A stretch of 63,997 nucleotides of DNA, counting the filler, from Malassezia furfur (taxonomy: Eukaryota): assembly GCA_052055015.1 (NCBI GenBank). It is 3 parts of 3 records of this genome, joined end to end, with 100 filler letters (N's around TTAATTAATTAA, not from the genome) between each part and the next. Parts side by side here need not be neighbours in the genome. Positions count along the whole stretch, not along the records: positions 45,894 to 63,997 come from JBQJIT010000213.1; 2 more parts are not named here. The stretch is one strand, 5' to 3'. This document shows, piece after piece, positions 48,091 through 61,398 of this stretch (position 1 is the first letter of the stretch; each line of letters opens with the position of its first letter). The notes beneath the pieces were generated by a model, which was not told the DNA's origin, made no database searches, and saw nothing but the letters and a program-made list of their open reading frames with translations. The position numbers were made by a program, and so were the translations under genes.

Positions 48091-48927
48091 CTAGTCCCGC
48101 TCCGCCAGGCGGTCGAGAATCTGTCCGATCTCGGCCTCGCTCAGCGTCGAGAATCTCCGCTGCGCGGCTTGCGCCTTGGGGTCCGCATCGCTCGCCAGCG
48201 CCGCGGGGCCGCCCACGACGCCCACCTCGAGCTCGCTCGGCTTGAGCTCCTGGGCGAGCACCGTGCTCAGCGCATTGACGGCCATGTCGAGCGCATCGTC
48301 ACGGCTGAGCTTGGCGGCGATCTCCTCGGCCTCGCGCAGCGCCGAGTCGGGCGCCGAGGCGCTCACGCTGCTCGTGCGCTTAAACTGCTTCTCGAGGAAG
48401 TTGATTGCCTCGGTCTGCTTGGTGCCGCTCGCCGTCGCACGGAACCCGACGTAGTGGCCCGCGGGGTCCAGCTTGAAGATCTGCGGCTTGTGCCCCTGCT
48501 CCTCGTCCAGGCCAATAAGAATCATGGCGATGCCGAGCGGGCGCATCGCGGCCTTCTGCGTATATACTTGGTTGATGTTGGCCAGGCGCTTGGCCAGCAA
48601 ATCGGGCGAGATGGGGTATCCGTACTTGTACTTGAACTCGGCCGCCTCGGAACGCGCACGCTGCACCTGCGCGCGCGCATCCGCCGAGCGGCCCGTCACC
48701 ACACAGCCGATCTCCGGAGTGATGGTGAAGATGTGCGTCACCGTGGAAGCGTCGATCAGCTTGTCCGGTAGCTTCTTCTGCGTCGCAATGACCACCGAGT
48801 CGCGGCCGCGCACGGCGACCGCGGTGATACCCGCGGCATTGATCGCCTTGAACGCATACTCGACCTGGTACAGCCGCCCCTCGGGGGAGAAGATGGTCAG
48901 GTGCCGGTCGTAACTGCTGCGCGACAT
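48091..48927 (-). CDS. SCL1: 20S proteasome subunit alpha-1 (PSMA6)
   Basis: [47 protein letters not shown]. Confidence 0.95.
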   Translation of the reverse strand: MSRSSYDRHLTIFSPEGRLYQVEYAFKAINAAGITAVAVRGRDSVVIATQKKLPDKLIDASTVTHIFTITPEIGCVVTGRSADARAQVQRARSEAAEFKYKYGYPISPDLLAKRLANINQVYTQKAAMRPLGIAMILIGLDEEQGHKPQIFKLDPAGHYVGFRATASGTKQTEAINFLEKQFKRTSSVSASAPDSALREAEEIAAKLSRDDALDMAVNALSTVLAQELKPSELEVGVVGGPAALASDADPKAQAAQRRFSTLSEAEIGQILDRLAERD

Positions 48928-49095
48928 CGTGCCCGAGAGTCGGAAGCGAGTGGGTGCGACGCGTCGTGTCCCAAGCGCCCCGCCGATCGCTCCGCCGCGG
49001 CCAGCCCATCGGCCGACATCACGTGGATTTTTTTTGGCCTGCGGGAAGTTCGCTTTGCAGGGCCCACCGTTTTTGCGACAGGCGACAGAGCGACG

Positions 49096-50652
49096 ATGCC
49101 GGGAACGCCGACGCATGTGCTGTTCGAGTGCGCCGCCGGCCTTGCGCTGTTCAAGGTCGAGCAGGCTGAGAGCATCGGGTCACAGACCAAGCAGGTGCAG
49201 GATGCGATCGACGATCTGCCGTCGTTCGGCAAGATGGTCAAGCTCGTGAGCTTCAGTCCGTTCAAGAGCGCGCCCGAGGCGCTCCAGGGCGCGCTGGACA
49301 TCTCGGAGGGCGTTGTGGACGACCACCTCCGCTCCCTGCTCACGCTCAACCTCCGCCCGGAGGGCAAGAAGGTCAAGGGCATCGAGCTCGGTGTTGCGGA
49401 CCGCAACCTGGCGACGAGCATCGTGGGCGAGCTCGGTATTCCATGCGACACGGGCGAGACGAGCCAGGAGCTGATCCGCGGCGTCCGTATGCACGCGGAA
49501 AAGATGCTCAAGGGCATGACCGAGGGCGACCTCGCGCGTGCGCAGCTGGGTCTGGGTCACAGCTACTCGCGCTCCAAGGTCAAGTTCAACGTGAACCGCA
49601 GCGACAATATGATTATCCAGGCGATTGCGCTCCTCGACACGCTCGACAAGGACGTGAACACGTTTGCGATGCGCGTGCGTGAGTGGTACGGCTGGCACTT
49701 CCCTGAGCTCGTACGCCTGGTGCCGGACAACATTGTGTACGCGCGCCTGGCGCGTCTCATCAAGGCCAAGGAGCAGCTGAGCGAGGACCAGCTCGAAGAA
49801 ATCACCGAGATCCTTGGCGGTGACGAAATTGCCGCGCGCAACGTGCTCGACGCGAGCCGTGCGTCGATGGGTACGGAGATTGGCGAGCTCGACATGATCA
49901 ACATTGAAAACTTTGCCGACCGCGTCGTGCAGCTCGCCGAGTACCGCAAGAACATGCACGCGTACCTCGTGGAGAAGATGCACCTGGTTGCGCCCAACCT
50001 GTCGGCGCTCATTGGCGAGATCATCGGTGCGCGCCTTATTTCGCACGCGGGTTCGCTGACGAACCTGGCCAAGTACCCCGCGTCCACGGTGCAGATCCTC
50101 GGTGCAGAGAAGGCGCTGTTCCGTGCGCTGAAGACCAAGGGCAACACGCCCAAGTACGGTCTGATCTACCACGCGTCGGCGATCTCGCGTGCGGCGCCCA
50201 AGAACAAGGGTCGCATGTCGCGCTACCTCGCGAACAAGATCAGCATTGCGTCGCGCATTGACTGCTTCTCCGATGCGCCCTCGACCAAGTTTGGTGAGGT
50301 GCTGCACCAGCAGGTGGAGGAGCGCCTGCAGTTCTACGAGACGGGCAAGCCGATGGGCAAGAACAGCGATGCGATGCACAAGGCCATTCTGGCGATCGAG
50401 GAGGCGGCTGGTGACCTGATGGATGTCGATGCTGCGGATGACGATGAGGACGAGGAGGCGGCGAGCGAGGACGAGGCGCCCGCGCCGGCCGAGGCCAAGA
50501 AGGAGAAGAAGGCCAAGAAGGAGAAGAAGGAGAAGAAGGAGAAGAGCAAGAGCAAGAGCAAGGACAAGCACGACGAGGTGGCCAAGGCGGCCAAGAAGGC
50601 GGCCAAGAAGGCGGCCAAGTCCGACTCCAAGGAAAAGAAGAAGGCCAAGTGA
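49096..50652 (+). CDS. NOP56: Box C/D snoRNP protein Nop56
   Basis: [49 protein letters not shown]-rich tail. Confidence 0.96.
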   Translation: MPGTPTHVLFECAAGLALFKVEQAESIGSQTKQVQDAIDDLPSFGKMVKLVSFSPFKSAPEALQGALDISEGVVDDHLRSLLTLNLRPEGKKVKGIELGVADRNLATSIVGELGIPCDTGETSQELIRGVRMHAEKMLKGMTEGDLARAQLGLGHSYSRSKVKFNVNRSDNMIIQAIALLDTLDKDVNTFAMRVREWYGWHFPELVRLVPDNIVYARLARLIKAKEQLSEDQLEEITEILGGDEIAARNVLDASRASMGTEIGELDMINIENFADRVVQLAEYRKNMHAYLVEKMHLVAPNLSALIGEIIGARLISHAGSLTNLAKYPASTVQILGAEKALFRALKTKGNTPKYGLIYHASAISRAAPKNKGRMSRYLANKISIASRIDCFSDAPSTKFGEVLHQQVEERLQFYETGKPMGKNSDAMHKAILAIEEAAGDLMDVDAADDDEDEEAASEDEAPAPAEAKKEKKAKKEKKEKKEKSKSKSKDKHDEVAKAAKKAAKKAAKSDSKEKKKAK

Positions 50653-50968
50653 GCGCGCCGTGCGCGACGCGTGCGCCGCCGCCGCTCCGAGCGTGTGTAG
50701 TCCCTTGTATCAATAGTCCTCCACCCCCGATCGATTGCCCACGTGCGCGGTCTGCCAGCGCATCTTTCTCGGCCGAGAGGACAGAAAGGCGGGCGCGGCG
50801 CGTCGCAGGCTGTGGCCGCGGCGGGCCAAACACAATGCGAGGGTGCACGCGGCACGCGGGCACGGTCCCTCGGCGGTTTGATTGGCCGGGCCCGAAGGGC
50901 CCCGTGGCCGAGTCGGTGTTGTGGACGTGGCCGCGGCGAGCGGCTCCATCACCGAAGCGTTCATCACC

Positions 50969-52252
<1,284 letters not shown>

Positions 52253-52313
52253 GGGTTCTCGTAGCCGACCACATAGGTGTGTCTTGTGTGAATCCGCGTC
52301 ACTATGACTCTGT

Positions 52314-52774
52314 CTAGCCCCGGTCGCCAAACAGCGCCGCGCCGCGATGGCGCACGTTGGCGAAGCTCGGGCGCGCGTACACACGGTCGATGGAGCTGGG
52401 TAAGTCGTGTGCACGCACTCGTCGCGTAGCTCGGCGGACCAGTCAATTTCGCGCAGCGCCGGCGTGGTCATCGCGCATCCGAATGCCAGCACCATAAACG
52501 AAAGCAGCGTCTCGATCGTGACCTGAATGTGAGCACGAAAACGTACATCCCAAGGGATCGTCTTCTCGTACGGGGTCGAGAGCGTACCGGGCGCAAGCGA
52601 CTTGCCTTGGGCAACGACTGCGTCAGCAGGTGGGCGGCGCACATTCATATGTCGAGTATGCGGCATGTGCAAACAGAACTGGTGGTCAGTTATGTGTATG
52701 CACAACGTACGGATCCCCAGTGTGACAGTCGCACGTCCTGCCGACGAGGAACGCGCCGCAATATGGTTCACCAT
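52314..52774 (-). CDS. EMC5: ER membrane complex subunit 5 / MMgT family; introns 52679-52710, 52618-52642, 52523-52546 and 52396-52418
   Basis: Spliced GILLFAHAAYSTYE...IPWDVTIETLLSF...LREIDW...IDRVYARPSFANVRHRGAALF. Confidence 0.85.
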
Positions 52775-52893
52775 CGTTGGGCGTCGATCGTGGGCGGCGT
52801 CGACGGTCGCCCGCCTCCACTGCGCCGGCCGATTGAAATTGCGCCGCGATGGCCCAAATCGGGCATTTTTCCCAAGCCTACTCATTCTCTCCT

Positions 52894-54759
52894 CTACGTC
52901 AGTAGCCAACACGCGTTGGCATACCAAGTCAGCAATGGGTTGGACCCGTCGCGGAGCTGCGTGCGCGACACCTCGGCATACCGATGCAGGAACTGCGCAT
53001 GGGTCATGATCCGTGCATCGTGCTCGGCCGCCTGCAGAGGCGGCGGCAGGATCCCCGAGTGGAAGAAGCTGGACGTGGTCATGTTATAGTCCGGGAACCC
53101 CGTACCGACCGCGCCGGGCGGCGACAGCGCCGAGTACGCCGGTGTAAAGTAGTCTGGTTCGCCCACGGGTGGCATGGCGTGCGTCGCTGCGGGCGCGGCG
53201 TCCGCCTTGTCCGCGGGTGGCGAACCCATCACGCGCAGATAGATGTCGCGCAGCACCGGGAAATCGGTGGGGAAGAAGATGTCAAAGAAGCCCTGTAGCA
53301 CCAGGTAGGTGGTCACCGGGATCATCGTGCCGTTGTGCCGCGTCTGCACCACAGGCGCATTCACACCCGGCACCGCGTCCGGCAGCGACGAAAAGTCGGA
53401 AAACACCAGACGGTGCTGCGGGAAGTGCCGCCGAAGCACATCCATCATCTGCAGCGACCCCGTGGGGATAAAGTGCGGTTGCGTCAGGTTCGGGTAGAAG
53501 GGCATGTGTCTGCTCAGTGCCGAGCGCAGCCACTGCGGCAGCCACGAGAGGTACAGCGGCGCGCCGGGCGGCAGCAGACTGGGCCGCACCCTGTGAAGAA
53601 GGCGGAGGTAGCGCCGGATCACGGGGTCGTGCACGGGCTCCCAGAGCTCGTGGAAGTCGCCCGTGTCGTCGATGGCCACCATGCACTGGTACGGCGACAG
53701 GTCGTCGGTAGAGTAGCGGACCACGTCGTGTGTCAGATTGTCCAGCACCTCGAGCGCCACGAAAAAGCACGGCTCATCCACGCTCTCGTCCCACTGCAAG
53801 AAGTCGCGCAGGACGACCTCGGCGACATTTGCACGCGCATGCCGTGCGAGCACCTCGCGCTGCTGCGACGCCAGGCGTGCACTGATTTCCACGATGCGGT
53901 ACTGCGTCCGCTCGTACACCTCGGGCTCGACCTCCTCGATGTAGTCAAGGATGTCGCGGGCGAGCGTCCCTGCACCGCCGCCGAGCTCGTAGATGACCAG
54001 GTCATGGCTCGGGAAGAGGTGCAGCTTGTACTCTGCCACGAGGTACCGCGCGAGCGCGCGTCCATAGAAGGGCTGCGTCAGTCATGTACCACGTACGCTG
54101 AACAGCTGCGTCGGCGTATGCCACACCTGCCCGGCCGCCATCGTATCCACCTCGAGTTCCGACATGCTGTTGCGGCTCTGCATCTCGAGCAGCTTGCCCT
54201 TCTCCTTGGCGAGCTCCAGGGCCTCCGTGCTGCCCCATGCGGCGCGGCGCTGCCGCGCGCTCAGCGCGTTGATCTGGTCTTGGAGCGTCGGTTGGTCCTT
54301 GCTGCGCGCCCGGTCCATGGCCTCCCGACGCGCCTGGAACTGCTCCTCAAACGAGATGTAGCGCATCTGCACATCGCGCATAAACTCGGTTTCGTTCTTG
54401 ATCTGGTTGAACTGAAACTTGCTCGGCTCGCCCCCGCGTTCTTCCTCCGGGAGCAGCACCGCCTGCCTGCTAAAGTAGCCGTACGTGGGATTGTACAGGC
54501 TATCGTGCACAAAGTCACGCGCAAGCATTCGTACAGACCGCGGACGTTGCTTGTACGACTCCAGCTCGCGCGCCGTGACGAGCGGGTGCTGCGCGAGCTG
54601 TTGGTCCGGAAACTGGTCAAATATGTCGTAGTTGTACTGCACGCGGTGCTTCTCTTTCGGGGTATCTTGGCATCGTACCCGCGTGGTAGCCAACGCACGC
54701 GAGCCATGCACCCCGCGGAGCATGCGTAACGCGCCTCTCGGCGGCGCGCCCAACAGCAT
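52894..54759 (-). CDS. NDUFAF7: Mitochondrial protein arginine methyltransferase (NDUFAF7/MidA family); 24-nt intron at 54073-54096
   Basis: RDFVHDSLYNPTYGYFS, VWHTPTQLFSPFYG, IYELGGGAGTL, ALEVLDNL, QGFFDIFFPTDF. Confidence 0.85.
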
Positions 54760-55089
54760 CACGCAGCTCGACGCTCCGCTATTTTTCTGGTCAGTGCGGA
54801 CGAGCGAACCGCTTGACTAAACGCTGGGGTGCCAGTGGCGGCTCGCCCGCCCCCTTTTTTCCTCATCCTGCCACACGCGTGAGCACTGGACGGTTGCGTG
54901 CAGCGCGTGGGTCGACGACCAACGACCTTGGAACGCGTTCTCTCCCACCGTGGACTGTACGACTGCACAGCCACTAGTCATAGTTCGCCGCCCTTGTAGA
55001 GACTCGGGTGATTGATTTGGGAGTGGGCGAGTTTTGCGATTCATTGATTGACCGGGCGCTGTGTACCGCCAGTGTCGCCCGACAGGACA

Positions 55090-57102
55090 ATGTCCATGCC
55101 AACTCAGTGCGTAGCGGCACGGGCGCAACGAGGCTGCATAGCGTGCAGCAACCCGCCACGCTGTCTACGGCGTTCGCCGGGCGCTTGTACGCTGCACGCA
55201 CGTTGCGCCGCGCGCGAGGACCTACTGACCGTCAGGAACCCACGAGACGACGCACCCAGCGAGGCCCCTGCGCCGCCCAGTGGCGAGGGTCCTTCGCCCA
55301 CAACCACCTACACGACACCCACCATACCCAAAAGCGACTATCAAGCTGATCTGGCGCCGCCCCAGCCGCCGGTTGCCGCCCAGGCCCTCTTTACCCCGCC
55401 GGACCAGCACAACATTGCGCGTGCTGCGCCGCTGATCCTGTCCAAGAATGTCGTGGAGCAGAACCCCTCGCAGGCCGCCGGCGCGCTGATCACCTTGTTG
55501 TCGACAAATGCATCAGGCTCGCTGCACCTGTACCCTACCACCCCCGAGGAGCGTGTCCTAATTGTTCGTCTCTTGCGGGAGGTGGGCACCCCCGCTTACC
55601 TCAAAGCCTTTTCCCATGATATCCGTGGCCGAGAGATCCTCGCGGCATGGCTCAGCGACGCGACGCCGCCGCGGAAGGCCGATGTGGTCGACGAGAGCGA
55701 GAAATGGAAAGACGTGCTCTGCCCCCTCCTTGAACTTCTTCTGGAGCTGCCCATCTCGCTCGAACACCTCAAGGACCATGTAGGACTGGGAAAGCTGATT
55801 ACGGGGGCACAGAAGCGCGCACAGAGCGAACAAGCGCGGAAGCTTGCGGACGCGGTCAAGGACCGATGGAGTGCGCTGGTGCCCGCACGGCCTAGCTCCA
55901 GCGAGGCACGCGACTCGCCGCCCGTGGCACCCAAGCGGCCAGCGGCCAGTGCATCGGGCGAGAGCGTGAAGCGCGCCCGGAATACGACGCCGCCCGCGGC
56001 ATCGGCACCCGCTCGGTCTGCGCAGGTCGCTTCAACGCGATCGGCGAGCGAACGGCGCGCGTCACCGCAGCCCAATGACCTGCGGATCCCTACGCGGTCG
56101 GCGACGTCTGCTGCGCGGCCCTCGGCGGATCCGCTGGCGACCGCACGGAGATCAGTGCGTGGTGCATCGGCTCCTACGAACGCGAACAAGGACCTTGCTG
56201 GCTTCATGTCACTCATCGACCAGCAACCGGCACCGGCGCCGTCGGCTCCCGTGACGACCTCGAAAGAAGCGCCTACTGAGCGGAAGAAACGGAAAAAGTC
56301 GGTGCATTGGAAAGACTACGATGGCATGCCGCTGGTCGCTGTCAAGATGATCGAAGCGGCCGTGTACGAGGACAGCGATGCCTCTGTGCGCGGCACAGGT
56401 GCGCTTGATATCGAAGAAGGTGGTGTTTTCCGCCAGGCGCATGCCGAAATGGACGAGCAGATCGACTGGTACACCCCGCGTCCGATGCAATTCGCTGCGC
56501 CGGAATCGGGGCCACTGCCCGAGCGCGGGGTCGACAGCGAGGCCAAGGTCGCGCAGGAGCAGCGTGAAAAGACCCTGCCTCTTGCGTCCTATGCATCGCC
56601 CCACGAGATCCCCGACTCGCCTGCAGAGCCCGACGAGTTTGTTCTGTCGTTTGCCGCGATGATGCCGCCGCCCAAACCCATGCGTACGGGGCTGCCCGGC
56701 GAAGTCATCGACGAGGCAGTCGACGTGCCACCCATTCCTCCCTTTCCCGCGATGGCGGCTATGATGGCACAGATGGCGCCGCCTGGGGTGGATGGGCCGC
56801 CAGTGCCGCCCATGCCGCCCTTCGACCCGGCGATGCTACAGTCCCTGATGCAGAGCGCGCAAAATACGGGCCACAGTCCGAAGCAAGACACCCCACCACC
56901 ACCACCGATGCCCATGCCGCCATGGATGGGCGGCGGCGGCGGTATGCCTTTTCCTTTCCCCTTCCCCCCACCGCCCGAGGTTATGGCCCAGATGGGCGGC
57001 GGCGGCGGCGGCGGCGGCGGCGGCAAGTCGCCCAATCCCCATTCTGACCGGCATGACAGAAGCAGTGCTCCCCCGCGTTCGTCACGCAAAGGACGCAGGT
57101 AA
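55090..57102 (+). CDS. PNUTS/Ppn1-like PP1 regulatory subunit; 129-nt intron at 55107-55235
   Basis: TFIIS-N-like helical domain (LPISLEHLKDHVGLGKLI...VKDRW), RVxF-type KKRKKSVHWKD motif, Pro/Gly-rich tail. Confidence 0.72.
   Translation: MSMPTQCVAARAQRGCIACSNPPRCLRRSPGACTLHARCAAREDLLTVRNPRDDAPSEAPAPPSGEGPSPTTTYTTPTIPKSDYQADLAPPQPPVAAQALFTPPDQHNIARAAPLILSKNVVEQNPSQAAGALITLLSTNASGSLHLYPTTPEERVLIVRLLREVGTPAYLKAFSHDIRGREILAAWLSDATPPRKADVVDESEKWKDVLCPLLELLLELPISLEHLKDHVGLGKLITGAQKRAQSEQARKLADAVKDRWSALVPARPSSSEARDSPPVAPKRPAASASGESVKRARNTTPPAASAPARSAQVASTRSASERRASPQPNDLRIPTRSATSAARPSADPLATARRSVRGASAPTNANKDLAGFMSLIDQQPAPAPSAPVTTSKEAPTERKKRKKSVHWKDYDGMPLVAVKMIEAAVYEDSDASVRGTGALDIEEGGVFRQAHAEMDEQIDWYTPRPMQFAAPESGPLPERGVDSEAKVAQEQREKTLPLASYASPHEIPDSPAEPDEFVLSFAAMMPPPKPMRTGLPGEVIDEAVDVPPIPPFPAMAAMMAQMAPPGVDGPPVPPMPPFDPAMLQSLMQSAQNTGHSPKQDTPPPPPMPMPPWMGGGGGMPFPFPFPPPPEVMAQMGGGGGGGGGGKSPNPHSDRHDRSSAPPRSSRKGRR
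56995..57024 (+). repeat. (GGC)10 poly-Gly microsatellite
   Basis: Directly visible. Confidence 0.9.
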
Positions 57103-57381
57103 TGCCGTGTCAAAAAAAGGTTTGCACGTATCACGGTGGTGGTATAGTTGCTCACACTACCTCTAGCTGTCCGCACGGAGTGCGATGCAGGTTCCGTCGT
57201 GGAGGAGGATGCACATGCAGCGTGCTGCATATGCTTTTGCGAATCCCATTGCCATATACCCCATTCATGTAATGAGATGTGGATCACAATACACAACACA
57301 TGCTTGGAGTCGCACGGTGTGGGAGAGCGATGTGCCCGGGCGAGGCGGAGGCAGCTGCGCCGCGATGAGACGTGAACGCTC

Positions 57382-57850
57382 TCAATCCGATGTAGGCGGG
57401 TTGCTCGTTGCCTCCGACTTGGGCTCAGACGATGTGCGTGTCCGCATGTACAAGTGCACCTTGTCTTCCGGAATCAAGCCCGTCTGTGGTCAGCAAGACA
57501 AAAAAAGCTCGACGTACACGGTATAGCAATTTGAACACAGGCTTGCTGGGTTGCGCGCCCACACCCAGCCAGTACCGAATCCGGTCCTCGTTCCACTCGA
57601 GCCGTTTCCGCAGAACAGGCTTTACATGAATGCCCGACTTGATCACCTCTCCGTTGTACCCCGGACGGTTTTCGCCTGCCTGCTGCCGCGAGGGCGTCGG
57701 CTGGTCGTACTCAGGCTTGGGCACCGGGTCGTATTCGCCTAGCTTCTCAATCGGCAGCGCATCGCGTGCCTTAGTATTTTGGATGGCCACCAAGTGGTAG
57801 AAAGGGTTGGAACGTGTGCCGTGCCTGGCCAAACGGAGACGCACCACCAT
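57382..57850 (-). CDS. MRPS16: Mitochondrial ribosomal protein bS16m; 34-nt intron at 57484-57517
   Basis: MVVRLRLARHG...PFYHLV...EKLGEYDPVP...RIRYWLGVGAQPS; splicing gives LLYRTGLIP. Confidence 0.92.
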
Positions 57851-58188
57851 CGCGTTGCAATCCTCGTCCTGGCGACGCACGCTACGACTTCCTCTAGGTC
57901 ACGTGTTATAAAGGGCCAGGGTATGCACGCCGCAGGATCGACCGCGACACGCCAAACCGATTGGCGAGCGAGGTTCGACACATCACGTGAGTAGGGCATT
58001 TGGCCGCTGTAGACACCGCCCTGGACGCGCCCTTGCTCTCAGATGCCTGCCGTACGGCACGCCAGTGCGCGTGTAGTCAGCGAGTCCTAAATGCAGATGA
58101 GTCCGCGCTGTTTACCCTCTAACGCGCAAATTCCCTCCTCCCTCCGTCTCTTTGTGTCCCAAGCCCTTTGTACTTGGCACAAAACACC

Positions 58189-59451
58189 ATGATCATCCCC
58201 ATTCGTTCCTTTATTAGCCTGCTGGCCATCGTGTCGCTTGCGAACGGTGCGCTGGTATACCGTCCGCGTCGCCTGAACGATGCGGCTCACCATGGCCTTC
58301 TGCCGCGTCAGGCATCGGCCTCCTCGTCGTCTGCGGCTGCCTCTTCGGCCGCCGCGCTGAACAACGCGCCGAACGACTCGCCCAAGTTTGACTTCGGCAC
58401 GCCCGACCCCAACTACCCGGGCGTCGTTGCTCAGGAGAAGAACGGCCCGACGAACCCGAGCAAGCCCAAACTCAACACACCGATTAATCAGACCTCGACG
58501 TCGCGCCTGGCGTCGATCAATAGCGTGGATGACTGGTGCACGTTCGGCCCTATGGACAACTCTAAGACGCTTGGTGACGTTGAGGCGGAGACGGTTGCGT
58601 ACTGCACCAAGCCGCGTAACAACGCCCGTGTGATCCCCGACGGTACCGTTACGGCTGCACACTTCGTCAAGACGCCGTTGTATGTCCAGATTATGGCTCT
58701 GGGTGACTTTACGAAGATCAACTTCCAGAAGGGCGACTCGGGCGGCGAGCTCGACCCCCACGGTGCGACCAACAAGGGTAACCCTATCGGCGGTAACGTT
58801 ACCTCGAACGTGACCGGCAAGGACGTGTTCTACCAGGAGTGGATGAACTACGTGAGCCACGAGCTGATGTGCTTCCGTGTGTGCATTGCTGGTTCCGACC
58901 AGGCTCCGCCGCAGACGGAGTGCCAGCACTCGCTGGACGAGGTCGGTTGCTACTGGATCATGCCTGGCAACTACTTCCCCGACCAGTTCGACTCGTGTGA
59001 TGCGGACCCTGCATACCCTCCCGGTGTTTATGTTTCGAACGGTCAGACCTCGTCGTTCCAGCAGTACGCGACTGGTATCTGGACGGACAATGGAGTGAAG
59101 AAGACTTACACGAATGGCTCCAAGGGCGAGAAGACGCCAACCGCCGCGCAGTCGCAGCCGAGCTCGTCGAACTGCAAGACGTTCTCCACGATCGCCAATG
59201 GTATCCAGTCTATCATCCCCTCTTCGAGCTCGAAGTCCCAGGCCTCGGCCACGGGCAGCAGCAGCGGTGGCAGCGGTGGCAGCGGTGGCAGCGGTGGCAG
59301 CGGCAGCAGCGGCAGCGGTAGCGGCAGCACGGACACCACCAACGCCAACAGCAGCGGCAACGGGAACAACGGCGCTGCTTCGCTCAAGCCTGCCCTCTTC
59401 CCTCTGGGTGCCGCGTTCGCGGCATTCGCCGTGGGTTCTCTGGTCCTCTAA
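58189..59451 (+). CDS. MP88-like (macrophage-activating glycoprotein family) secreted GPI-anchored mannoprotein, copy 1
   Basis: Signal peptide; NSVDDWC...YCTKPRNNARVIPDGT...GGELDPHGA...GNPIGG; Ser/Gly-rich stalk; hydrophobic C-terminus. Confidence 0.82.
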   Translation: MIIPIRSFISLLAIVSLANGALVYRPRRLNDAAHHGLLPRQASASSSSAAASSAAALNNAPNDSPKFDFGTPDPNYPGVVAQEKNGPTNPSKPKLNTPINQTSTSRLASINSVDDWCTFGPMDNSKTLGDVEAETVAYCTKPRNNARVIPDGTVTAAHFVKTPLYVQIMALGDFTKINFQKGDSGGELDPHGATNKGNPIGGNVTSNVTGKDVFYQEWMNYVSHELMCFRVCIAGSDQAPPQTECQHSLDEVGCYWIMPGNYFPDQFDSCDADPAYPPGVYVSNGQTSSFQQYATGIWTDNGVKKTYTNGSKGEKTPTAAQSQPSSSNCKTFSTIANGIQSIIPSSSSKSQASATGSSSGGSGGSGGSGGSGSSGSGSGSTDTTNANSSGNGNNGAASLKPALFPLGAAFAAFAVGSLVL

Positions 59452-59795
59452 TGGCAACATCTACTACTGTCTTTACATCCCGATGAAGGCGGGTCATTTC
59501 AGTTGTATGTAGACCACACCGAACCTGTACATAGCGGGGAGGCCTCTTTTGGGCACTTTTACCCGTCAGCAACGAATTCATTATCTTTGGACCGTACCGA
59601 TTGGTGCCCTCTTGCACCACGCGAGATTGTGTGGCAGTGATGTTGATCGACATTCCAGTCTGTCAGGGGATGTGGAGTGGTATGCGTTTTTTTTTGGGCA
59701 ATAAACTCTATGCACACCAGACCTTGCCCTGGATTCATTTCGCGCCCCCTCCTCTCCACCGCCATTCTCATTCTCTCTCCCCCCATCCGCCCGTG

Positions 59796-61085
59796 ATGAT
59801 TCCCCCTGTCCGCTCCATTGTGAGCATTTTGACCCTGGTTTCCCTGGTGAACTGTGCCGTGATTTACCGCGGTACTGCTTCCGGCTCGCTGGACGAGTCT
59901 GCGCATGTTCGTCTTTTGGCCCGGCAATCGAGCGGCCTGAAGGACGCCGCTTCGTCTGGCAAGAAGTCTAGCTCGGATGTTCCCAAGTTTGAGTATGGCA
60001 CACCCGACCCCAACTACCCTGGTGTGGTTGGCAAGGGCAAAATCGGGCCCACGAACCCGAAGAAGCCTAGTTTGGGCACCGCCGTGAACCAGACGTCCAT
60101 TTCTCGTCTGGCGTCAATCAATGGCGTCGATGACTGGTGCACCTTTGGTCCAAAAGACAACTCAAAAGAGCTTGGCGAGGTGGAAGAGGAAGTCGTTGCG
60201 TACTGCACCAAGCCGCGCAACGGCGCACGGGTCATCCCTGATGGTACGGTGACGGCGGCTCACTTTGTCAAGACGCCGCTGTACGTTCAGGTGATGGCGC
60301 GTGGTGACTTCACGAAAATCAACTTCAAGGAAGGTGATACGGGCGGTGAGCTTGACCCGCACGGTGCGACAAACCTGGGTAATCCCCACGGCGGGAATGT
60401 TACGTCGAACGTGACGGGCAAGGACGTATTCTACGAGGAGTGGATGAACTACGTCGGCAGCGCGATCATGTGCTTCCGTGTGTGCATTGCCGGCTCGGAC
60501 CAAGCGCCTCCGCAGTCCGAGTGCCAGCACACGCTGGACGAGATGGGCTGCTGGACGGTGATGCCGGGTGACTACTCGGACGATGTGTTCGACTCGTGCG
60601 ATGCAGATGCTGCGTACCCGCCCGGTATCTATGTTACTGGTGGCACGACTTCTTCGTTCCAGCAGTACGCTACGGGTGTTTGGACGGACAACGGCAAGCT
60701 GAAATCTTATACGAACGGTGTTTCGACGCAGACGACGCCGACCACGGCCATGTCTACACCGAGCTCGTCGAACTGCCGGACGGTGTCATCGATTTCGAAC
60801 GGTATTCAGTCCATCATTCCCACACAATCGTCTTCTTCGGCGGCCGACGACAGCCGCGTGGCTGCTGCCAAGACGTCGTCGGCGTCCAGCGCAAGCCCTA
60901 CGTCCAGCACTTCCAACGCCGACTCCACCTCGGGGTCGGGCTCGAGCGCCGACGCCGAGAACGACAGCACGAGCTCCAACAAATCATCTTCTGACAGCGA
61001 GAGCGGCGCGCTCGCGCTTGCCCCCACTCTGCGCAACATCGGCATCTTACTCGCTGCTTGTGTTCTTGGCACGGTTGTCCTCTGA
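59796..61085 (+). CDS. MP88-like GPI-anchored mannoprotein, copy 2
   Basis: Same architecture and motifs as copy 1. Confidence 0.82.
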   Translation: MIPPVRSIVSILTLVSLVNCAVIYRGTASGSLDESAHVRLLARQSSGLKDAASSGKKSSSDVPKFEYGTPDPNYPGVVGKGKIGPTNPKKPSLGTAVNQTSISRLASINGVDDWCTFGPKDNSKELGEVEEEVVAYCTKPRNGARVIPDGTVTAAHFVKTPLYVQVMARGDFTKINFKEGDTGGELDPHGATNLGNPHGGNVTSNVTGKDVFYEEWMNYVGSAIMCFRVCIAGSDQAPPQSECQHTLDEMGCWTVMPGDYSDDVFDSCDADAAYPPGIYVTGGTTSSFQQYATGVWTDNGKLKSYTNGVSTQTTPTTAMSTPSSSNCRTVSSISNGIQSIIPTQSSSSAADDSRVAAAKTSSASSASPTSSTSNADSTSGSGSSADAENDSTSSNKSSSDSESGALALAPTLRNIGILLAACVLGTVVL

Positions 61086-61398
61086 GCGTTACCTGGAACA
61101 AGTCTCCTGCACATGTATACGTAAGCGTTACGACATGTGGGTCACACCCGGGACACCGGCTGGTGGGCTGTGCTATAGCACGCCCTGCAGGTTCCATCGC
61201 GGTCCTGTCCAATTCTCCCATAAATATTTACAATTAAGTCATGAAATGAACCAGACATTTGCGATTGCTGAGTCCTCTGGTCCGACGAATCGGTTGGGAA
61301 TAAATAAGGTCATAAACAACACGGGTTCCTGTCAGCTCATAGCGGTTCTCCTCCTCTTCCCTCCTTATCCATCTTCCCTCGAAGTTGTGCAAGACAAA

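Noticed and set aside
54817..54981. Small minus-strand ORF MTSGCAVVQ... upstream of NDUFAF7
   Set aside because: No recognisable motif or coding bias; it lies in a divergent promoter region
60718..61398. Long N-terminal extension on the third mannoprotein (and 59601-59795 on the second)
   Set aside because: Signal peptides begin at ATG 61399 and 59796, matching copy 1; the upstream open frames look incidental
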